The notes under the pieces were generated by a model that searched no databases, was not told the origin of the DNA, and saw only the letters and a program-made list of their open reading frames with translations. A stretch of DNA of 64,000 bases, from IMG/VR virus record IMGVR_UViG_3300025892_000012, positions 29,493-93,492 of that record. The stretch is one strand, 5' to 3'. Within the stretch, counting starts at the first letter, position 1. Every line of letters begins with the position of its first letter. The translations under genes and the position numbers were made by a program. Below are positions 57,328 through 64,000 of this stretch, piece after piece. The stretch comes from a virus.

Positions 57328-60300
57328 ATGGCAAGCATACTCAAAATTGATGTATTAGAACAAAGATACGCCAATTCAGGATTATATCTTTCTGGTAGGA
57401 TTCACGGTCCTCAGGGAGATATAATTAATAATGGTAGAGTTGTTCTTCCTGGAAACTTTGAAGCAAATACATTCAATGTTCTTGAAAGTCTAGATGCTAA
57501 TACAATAAATGCCAATACAATATTTCTCGGTGGAGTCAATGGTAAGCTTGAATTTGACGCAAACACTTCCACATTAAAAATCAATAATGCTTCCCTTGCA
57601 TTACAATCTGATGTCTCTACATTAATTGAAAATAGTTACACTAAGTTTACAGCAAATAGTTCAATTACAGCAGGAGATTTAGTAAGTTTATTAGATAATG
57701 GTAAAATTGAAAAGACAGCAGAAGCGAGTGTTAGAACTAACAGTGTTGGTGCTACTACAACATTTGATAGTAATGCTAGTGACAACATATATGTTCAATA
57801 TGATAAAACTTTAAACAAAGTACTTGTTTCATATGCGGTTGGAAGTTCCTCTGCTTGCTACGGTGTACTTGGAACGGTTAATGCTGACGGAAGTATAACA
57901 TTTGGAACACCACTTCAGATTACTTCTCAATATAATTTGATGACTGGTGCGATAGACCCCGTTCAAAATAGAGCAGTTTTTACATTTTTAGGTGATGTAT
58001 ATATTGCTGAAATTTCTGGTAACAATCTTATAAATTTACAATCTCCAATAACATTTGATAGTAGTACAGAAAATTATAATGCGACAATATATGACCCAAA
58101 TTCTGGTAAAATAATAATAGCATATTCAGATAGTGCGAGTCCTACAGGTAGAGCAGGTAATGTACTGGCGGTAACTGTTAATGGAAATTCAATTACATTT
58201 GGACAAACAACTGTTTTTGAGGCTTCCAATACAGAAACGATTTCTTTAAGTATAGATAATGATACAAATAAAATAATTATCGGATATTCATTAATAGGAT
58301 CATCCGCTAGATGTGTTATCGCAACTGTATCTGGAACAACAATAACAACAAGCTCACCTGCCGTTGCCTCTCCAGGTACAGCAGATTTTGTAAAATTTAC
58401 TTATGCTTCAAATGGCATAGTTGTTGCTGCTTTCCGTGATAATACTAATAGTAACTATGGTGCATATTCTATAGGACAGATATCTGGCAACTCAATAACA
58501 TTTGGAAGTTCTGTTGTTTTCAATTCTGCAACTTCCGTACCAATAGGTTTGAGTTATGATAATGTAAATGAGAGAATTTCAATTTCATACAATGATTTTG
58601 GAAACAGTAATTATGGTACAGTAAAATCCGGTATAATTGAAAACGGAGCTATAACATTTGAAGCTACAGATATATTCAATAGCAGTGCTACATATGAAGT
58701 TTTTAGTGTAGTTGATACCACATACAATAGAATTTTAATAGGATTTAAAAATGGTGCTACTGGTCCTGGTAGAATAAATGTATATTCAACGTTTGGAACC
58801 GAATATAAAGATAACGTAGATAATTATATTGGAATAGCAAAGGATTCAATTGCTGCTACTCAGGAAGGTTCTGTATTCATAATTGGAGACATTGCTGATA
58901 ATCAAACAAGTCTCACAGAAAATCAAATTTATTATGTTGATAAAACAGGAAGCCTAACCACATCCAAAACAGAATATAGTATTGTAGGTAGAGCGGTATC
59001 AAATACGTCAATACAATTACTTGACAATAAACCAACATTACTTACTGATTTAAATATTATAGATGGAACTAATTCACAAGTATTGACAACATATGGTAAT
59101 GGTTCTTTTTATTTTGCCGCAGCTAGTGACCCTATAGCAGTATCCAAAACTAATACTACAAATGCCATTCTATCAACAGTTACAAATGTAAATGATTTTA
59201 GATTTGATAGTGATAGTGGTTTTGATGTTGTTGATTTAGGAGCAGGTGCAGTAAAGATTCAAATGAATTCAACTTTCAAAACATTGAAAGTTTCTGGTCA
59301 GAGTGATTTAGTAGCAACTGGTTTAGATACATTAGAGTTAATAGGTTCTGGAATAACAATTACAACAGATGCTGTAGCTAATCCTAAAACACTCACATTT
59401 ACTGGTGCCAGCACTCTTACTGATTTGGGAATAACTGATGGTAGTGCAAATCAAGTATTAATTACAGACGGTTTAGGAAACTATTCTTTTGCTAATGCTG
59501 CTTCGGGAGGCGCAAGCACACTAACAGATTTAGGCATAGCTGATGGTGAATCAGACCAAGTGCTTACAACAGATGGAAATGGTAGTTTCTTCTTTGGACA
59601 TTCATTATCTATATTAAATCAAGATTTGATTGATGGTGGAGAAATTACAGAATTGCGTGATTGTCGTACAGTTATTGATTTAGGTAGTGTAGATACAAGA
59701 TTGGGATATGCCGTACCTGAAGGTAGTAAAACTATTCTTTTAGCAAATGATTCTACAATTGTTTCTTCTACAAATGATATAATTATATCAGAAACAAATG
59801 GATTTGCAAAATTAGAAAATGTCACTATAGATTTAAGTGGAAAAACGGATGCAATTATAGTTCCAAAAGGTACAACAGCACAAAGACCTAGTTCACCTAT
59901 TGCTGGAATGATTCGTTATAACACAGAATTAGACCAGTATGAATTATATGATGAAACAACAACAGCTTGGGGAAAACTTGGAGATCAACCACCTACAATT
60001 TCCAGTATTTCTCCTGCCACAACAGAAACTGTTTCAGGTACAACACAATTTACTGTGGTCGGCACTAATTTTGAATCCACAGGAATGACAACTCAATTTG
60101 TGAGTACGGTAGATAGTACCGCTGTAAATAGAACTGCATTTATTTTTGATAATAGTGGTCAAATTAGAATCACCTTTGATAACACAGATTTTGATGCCGC
60201 AAAAGAACCTTACAATTTAATTGTTACAAAATCCAGTGGTTTAAGTGTTACTAAACTAAATGCATTATATGTAGATGAAGCTCCTGTTTGGTCACTTACA

Positions 60301-61269
60301 AGCACAAATATTGCTACTATTTTACCACAAGCAATTACAAATGTCAATATAGATTTACCTACAGCAACAGACCCTGAAGGAGATATAGTAACTTATAGTG
60401 GGAGTAATTTACCTAGCGGTTTAAGTATTGATGCAAACACTGGTGATTTGAGTGGTAGTGTTCCTGCAGCAAATACAGAAATAGAATATACAGTTACTAT
60501 AAATGCACAAAGCACTGGTAGTGACCCGGGTGCAACACAAAAAACCACAACAAGACAACCCACAATCATTGTGAAACCTGTGATTGAAAATTCCTTGATG
60601 TTTGATGGGAGCAGCTATTTAAGTAAAAGCACAAGTGATAACAGCACCAATTCAAGTATTAAGACTTGGTCTTTTTGGGTTAAAAGATCAGTTCTAGGAA
60701 CAAACTTTTATATGACCGGAGGATTCAAATCGGGGAACTCAAATACTTTTGATATCTACTTTCATACTGATGATACTTTTAGTGTCCAGTGGGGTGGCAG
60801 TTCTGCATTACTTAACAGATCCAGTGCGGTATTTAGAGATACATCTGCGTGGTATCATATATTGGTGCATAAAAACAGCACTTCACAAAGTTTTTACATT
60901 AATGGCAGTTTGGTTAGTTTAGCAACAACTAACACAACTTCGTCATCAGTGGCATTTGCTGAAAACGGGATGTCTGTCTCTGGTAATTATGGCAGTTTCA
61001 TTGGTGGAGGTGGATTTGGAGGAAGCAATAACATAATTGGCTACCTCGCCAACATCCATTTCATAGACGGACAAGCATTGACCCCAACATCATTCGGTGA
61101 AAGTATAAATGGTATCTGGTTGCCGAAAGTTTACAATCCAACAGGTAATGCACTAACAGATTACGGTACAAATGGTTTCCACCTTACATTTGCACCAAGC
61201 ACAATTAGCGGCACAACTGTACAAGATATTTCTGGTAGAGGAAATGATTGGACAGCAAATGGTTTTTAA
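57328..61269 (+). CDS. Large fibre: plug, propeller-like domain, spacers, Ig-like domains, LamG/ConA-like C-terminal domain
   Basis: MASILKID plug; region homologous to the 34079 C-half; PKGTTAQRP; ATDPEGD..LPSGLSID Ig; SLMFDGSSYL..TWSFWVKRS..FRDTSAWYHI..GYLANIHFIDGQAL. Confidence 0.8.
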   Translation: MASILKIDVLEQRYANSGLYLSGRIHGPQGDIINNGRVVLPGNFEANTFNVLESLDANTINANTIFLGGVNGKLEFDANTSTLKINNASLALQSDVSTLIENSYTKFTANSSITAGDLVSLLDNGKIEKTAEASVRTNSVGATTTFDSNASDNIYVQYDKTLNKVLVSYAVGSSSACYGVLGTVNADGSITFGTPLQITSQYNLMTGAIDPVQNRAVFTFLGDVYIAEISGNNLINLQSPITFDSSTENYNATIYDPNSGKIIIAYSDSASPTGRAGNVLAVTVNGNSITFGQTTVFEASNTETISLSIDNDTNKIIIGYSLIGSSARCVIATVSGTTITTSSPAVASPGTADFVKFTYASNGIVVAAFRDNTNSNYGAYSIGQISGNSITFGSSVVFNSATSVPIGLSYDNVNERISISYNDFGNSNYGTVKSGIIENGAITFEATDIFNSSATYEVFSVVDTTYNRILIGFKNGATGPGRINVYSTFGTEYKDNVDNYIGIAKDSIAATQEGSVFIIGDIADNQTSLTENQIYYVDKTGSLTTSKTEYSIVGRAVSNTSIQLLDNKPTLLTDLNIIDGTNSQVLTTYGNGSFYFAAASDPIAVSKTNTTNAILSTVTNVNDFRFDSDSGFDVVDLGAGAVKIQMNSTFKTLKVSGQSDLVATGLDTLELIGSGITITTDAVANPKTLTFTGASTLTDLGITDGSANQVLITDGLGNYSFANAASGGASTLTDLGIADGESDQVLTTDGNGSFFFGHSLSILNQDLIDGGEITELRDCRTVIDLGSVDTRLGYAVPEGSKTILLANDSTIVSSTNDIIISETNGFAKLENVTIDLSGKTDAIIVPKGTTAQRPSSPIAGMIRYNTELDQYELYDETTTAWGKLGDQPPTISSISPATTETVSGTTQFTVVGTNFESTGMTTQFVSTVDSTAVNRTAFIFDNSGQIRITFDNTDFDAAKEPYNLIVTKSSGLSVTKLNALYVDEAPVWSLTSTNIATILPQAITNVNIDLPTATDPEGDIVTYSGSNLPSGLSIDANTGDLSGSVPAANTEIEYTVTINAQSTGSDPGATQKTTTRQPTIIVKPVIENSLMFDGSSYLSKSTSDNSTNSSIKTWSFWVKRSVLGTNFYMTGGFKSGNSNTFDIYFHTDDTFSVQWGGSSALLNRSSAVFRDTSAWYHILVHKNSTSQSFYINGSLVSLATTNTTSSSVAFAENGMSVSGNYGSFIGGGGFGGSNNIIGYLANIHFIDGQALTPTSFGESINGIWLPKVYNPTGNALTDYGTNGFHLTFAPSTISGTTVQDISGRGNDWTANGF

Positions 61270-61283
61270 TAGGATAAATTAAT

Positions 61284-63137
61284 ATGGCAGTTATAGATCA
61301 CGTTTTTCCTGATTCACCAACGAATACTTTTGCTACGCTTAATGTTTTAGATGCAGAATCTGCTACACTTAGTAATGGCAATTTAGCCGCAACAATAAAT
61401 GCTGGGCCAAACAACTCAACAACAATAATTCCGTCATCCGGTACATGGTATTGGGAAGTTTACATAACTGACCACACAAACATTTATATGGGAATTCAAA
61501 AGATAGAAACTCAAGAAAGCGGATATTCTCAAGATGCAGTGGCAGTTAATAATGTTGGAAATGTCTATTATGATGCTAGTTACCAAAATAAAGATGCACT
61601 GCCTTCAATTGCAACCGGAGATATTATTTCTGTTTTTTGGGATATAGATAATAAAAAAATTTGGTTTGCTCAAAATGGTCAATTTTATGATGCGACAGGA
61701 ACAACTCATCCCACTTTAACACTTTCCCAAGTAGCCAGTGGTGTGAACGGATATGATTATAGTTCTAATATTCCAAATAGTGCTAAACCTTTCTTTGGTA
61801 GTTCAGCGACTTCTGCAGGAATTATTTGTAATTTCGGTCAAGACAGTTCTTTTGGCGGAAATAAAACTAGCGGATCAGCTAATGCTACTGATTCTGGTGG
61901 TATAGGAGACTTTTATCATTCAGTACCAACGGGTGCAAAAGCATTATGCACATCAAATATTCAAAGTAACTTAGCTATAGATCCAGCAGTGGATGATTTG
62001 CCGGAAGACTACTTTAAATGTGTAAAATATAACGGTGTTAGCACTGGTGGGGGTAATTTTGCTGTGCCAGTAGGTTTCCAAAGTGATTTAATTTGGATTA
62101 AAAGACGAAATAACGGTAATTCGCATAATCTTTTTGATTCTGTCAGAGGATTTGATAAGTGGATAATATCAGATTTTTCGGGGGCCGAAAGGAATAACAC
62201 TTCTAACAATAGTGGTAATTCTAAAATATCAACAGTCAATAGCAGTGGGTTTACAGTACACGATAATCATAATGCGGAAGTCAATGACGGTACTGCTGGG
62301 TCAGCTAGTCAATATATCAGTTGGAATTGGAAAGCCGGTGGTGCGCCAAGTGGATCAAACATCTATATGAAGAATGATGTAGGATATACTAGTTCAACGT
62401 CAGATAAAGCAACTGTATTTGGTAACGCTAGTAACTATACGATTACTCCAGCATCAGCAAGTATTAATACAAAAGCGGGTTTTAGTATAATTAAGTATCT
62501 TTCTCCAGACGATTCGGGAGGAGCAGTTTCTACTGCTACTGTGCCGCACGGTCTTAGCGCTGCACCAGATTTTATAATTTGCAAGAATTTAGACACTTCA
62601 TACAACTGGGATATTTATCATAGCAGTGTTAATTATTCTGGAATTTTTACAACTGCAGCGATTAACTCAAGAAACGCATTCGGCACAATTAACTCTAATA
62701 TTTTTACAACTAAAGACACATTTACGCATCATGATGATGATGAGTACATAGCATATTGTTTTACAAGTATTCCCGGCTACTCCGCATTTGGTTCGTATAC
62801 TGGTACTAATCATCAAGATAAAGGTTATCGTTCATTAGATTTTAAGCCTAGTTTCATTTTGATTAAAGATGTAACTTCGAGTGGTAATTGGGCTATGTTT
62901 GATAATCAAAGAGGCCCGATTAATCCAATAGATCATTGTTTATTAGCTGATTCTGCTGCTGTTGAAACTACCAGCACTACTAGTAGTGGTCAAAATCAAA
63001 TCGACTTTTTAAGCAACGGGTTTTTTATTCGTTGCGATAATGCGAATAGCAAAATGGGGAATGTAACCGGAAATACTTACCTCTACGCAGCCTTTGCGGA
63101 AATGCCCTTCAAATACTCAGCAACGAACGCCAGGTAA
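61284..63137 (+). CDS. SPRY-like plus repeat-domain virion protein
   Basis: DSPTNTFATLN..SNGNL; SGTWYWEV; GDIISVFWDIDNKKIWF; VGFQSDLIWIKRR; HGLSAAPDFII; YLYAAFAE.PFKY. Confidence 0.75.
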   Translation: MAVIDHVFPDSPTNTFATLNVLDAESATLSNGNLAATINAGPNNSTTIIPSSGTWYWEVYITDHTNIYMGIQKIETQESGYSQDAVAVNNVGNVYYDASYQNKDALPSIATGDIISVFWDIDNKKIWFAQNGQFYDATGTTHPTLTLSQVASGVNGYDYSSNIPNSAKPFFGSSATSAGIICNFGQDSSFGGNKTSGSANATDSGGIGDFYHSVPTGAKALCTSNIQSNLAIDPAVDDLPEDYFKCVKYNGVSTGGGNFAVPVGFQSDLIWIKRRNNGNSHNLFDSVRGFDKWIISDFSGAERNNTSNNSGNSKISTVNSSGFTVHDNHNAEVNDGTAGSASQYISWNWKAGGAPSGSNIYMKNDVGYTSSTSDKATVFGNASNYTITPASASINTKAGFSIIKYLSPDDSGGAVSTATVPHGLSAAPDFIICKNLDTSYNWDIYHSSVNYSGIFTTAAINSRNAFGTINSNIFTTKDTFTHHDDDEYIAYCFTSIPGYSAFGSYTGTNHQDKGYRSLDFKPSFILIKDVTSSGNWAMFDNQRGPINPIDHCLLADSAAVETTSTTSSGQNQIDFLSNGFFIRCDNANSKMGNVTGNTYLYAAFAEMPFKYSATNAR

Positions 63138-63163
63138 TTATAATTATCAATGGAGAAAACAAT

Positions 63164-63375
63164 ATGGCAGAACAATTGAAATTGAAAACACAATTTTTGA
63201 AAACACAAACTTTTTTACAGCAGTAAATAAAGTTATAAATCATGATGAAGTTTCTATTGCCGATGCATATAGAATAAATAAGATCATTAAAAAAACTTAA
63301 AGAATTCAAGATGGAATTTTGGTCGCTGATATCAACAAACTAGAATTAATATTTGATTTTTCTAACATAGAATAA
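63164..63375 (+). pseudogene. Frameshifted remnant of a small fibre-associated gene
   Basis: GGAG RBS plus ATG 63164 is one base out of frame with TIEIENTIFEN...AYRINKIIKK; stop at 63298-63300 after an A-run; protein-like QDGILVADINKLELIFDF resumes. Confidence 0.5.
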
Positions 63376-63380
63376 AATAA

Positions 63381-63920
63381 ATGCCAGAAGTTATAAAATT
63401 TTCCAAAGGTACTGTAGCAGAACACAATAACTTTACGGGAGAGAATGGTGAAATCACATTGATTTGTGATGATAGCCCGAATCGTAAAGTTACTGGCATC
63501 ATACGTTTACATGACGGTCAGACTGTTGGTGGTGTTCCTTTTGGTGGTAGTCAATTGCTAAATGATTTACATGATGTAAATACTGCTAGTGCTACACTTG
63601 GTACTGTATTAACTGCTGGTGCTAATGACACGTTTTATTTTAATTCAGTAGTAACTAATCTAGCTGGATTGACTGATGTAATTTCTGCTAACACTGCAGC
63701 AAATGGTACAATACTTACAGCAGATGGTAATGGTGGTTTTAAGTTTGATACAATAGCAAAAGGTGGTGGAAACAATCAAGTGTTTTTTGAAAATGATACA
63801 ACAATCACAGATGATTATACAATCTCAGCAGGTAAGAATGCAATGACTGCTGGACCAATAACAATCGCAAACAATGCAACTGTAGTTATACCAGTTGGTT
63901 CAACTTGGACAATAGTGTAA
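63381..63920 (+). CDS. Socket connector with Mtd-N-type N-terminus
   Basis: KGTVAEHNNFTGENGEI..IRLHDGQTVGG (paralog of 54307); ends NAMTAGPITIANNATVVIPVGSTWTIV. Confidence 0.75.
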   Translation: MPEVIKFSKGTVAEHNNFTGENGEITLICDDSPNRKVTGIIRLHDGQTVGGVPFGGSQLLNDLHDVNTASATLGTVLTAGANDTFYFNSVVTNLAGLTDVISANTAANGTILTADGNGGFKFDTIAKGGGNNQVFFENDTTITDDYTISAGKNAMTAGPITIANNATVVIPVGSTWTIV

Positions 63921-63921
63921 T

Positions 63922-64000
63922 ATGGCAGAAAGTATATTAAAAACGGACGAAATTCGTCTATTAAATAATCAAGTGTTGATGAGTGATGGTGCGTTGACTG
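63922..64000 (+). CDS. Start of next tip gene (3'-truncated)
   Basis: MAESILKTDEIRLLNNQVLMSDGALT, closely matching the 51644 plug. Confidence 0.75.
   Translation, partial: MAESILKTDEIRLLNNQVLMSDGALT

Noticed and set aside
63094-63300. ORF 63094..63300 as an intact gene
   Set aside because: Its start lies inside 61284; the RBS-ATG at 63164 is in another frame; treated as a pseudogene.
5273-63309. Minus-strand and nested short ORFs in the track (e.g. 13185, 33279, 43103, 50911)
   Set aside because: All are shadows of longer + strand genes with recognisable motifs; no independent support.
24000-64000. Diversity-generating retroelement
   Set aside because: No reverse transcriptase ORF. The repeat pairs inspected differ at non-adenine positions and both copies are coding. 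An RT elsewhere in the genome cannot be excluded.
24000-64000. Shufflon / invertible tail-fibre cassettes
   Set aside because: All cassettes are co-oriented with their own starts; anchors are direct, not inverted; no invertase in the window.
1-64000. Stop-codon reassignment
   Set aside because: The standard code gives near-complete coding density, and TAA, TGA and TAG all end genes at motif-consistent positions.
1-64000. tRNA, rRNA or intrinsic terminators
   Set aside because: Intergenic gaps are too short, and no GC-rich hairpin followed by a U-tract was seen by eye.

Overview
An AT-rich, gene-dense 64-kb segment of a large T4-like (myovirus-type, probably aquatic) bacteriophage. Every credible gene (~78) is on the + strand and almost all encode virion-appendage proteins. 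1-23 kb holds giant Ig-like-repeat proteins (one with a vWA domain), two fibres with peptidase-S74 chaperone tails, and a T4 gp9/gp10-like baseplate protein with a cupredoxin-like tip. 24-64 kb is an array of >25 small receptor-binding 'tip' genes of many folds, 17 dedicated assembly chaperones and ~15 small connector genes. Two linked candidate systems stand out. (1) Plug-and-socket fibre assembly: 10 genes end in a conserved 'N(A/S)xxxGP...G.L.(I/V)' socket motif, and 10/10 are immediately followed by a gene with a conserved N-terminal plug. The same architectures also occur fused elsewhere in the window, and mini-genes convert one connector type into another, suggesting a branched, combinatorial fibre tree. 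(2) Cassette exchange: seven ~0.6-0.7 kb hypervariable units (tip domain plus N-half of its chaperone) each lie between the same two nucleotide anchors (CGTTTCCTGCTGG ... CCACTACG). The constant flanks of variable modules show mirror-image synonymous skew, with G-ending codons upstream and C-ending codons downstream, as expected from repeated single-strand exposure during recombination. No recombinase, reverse transcriptase, RNA gene or CRISPR array was seen. Family names come from motif recognition only; no searches were run.
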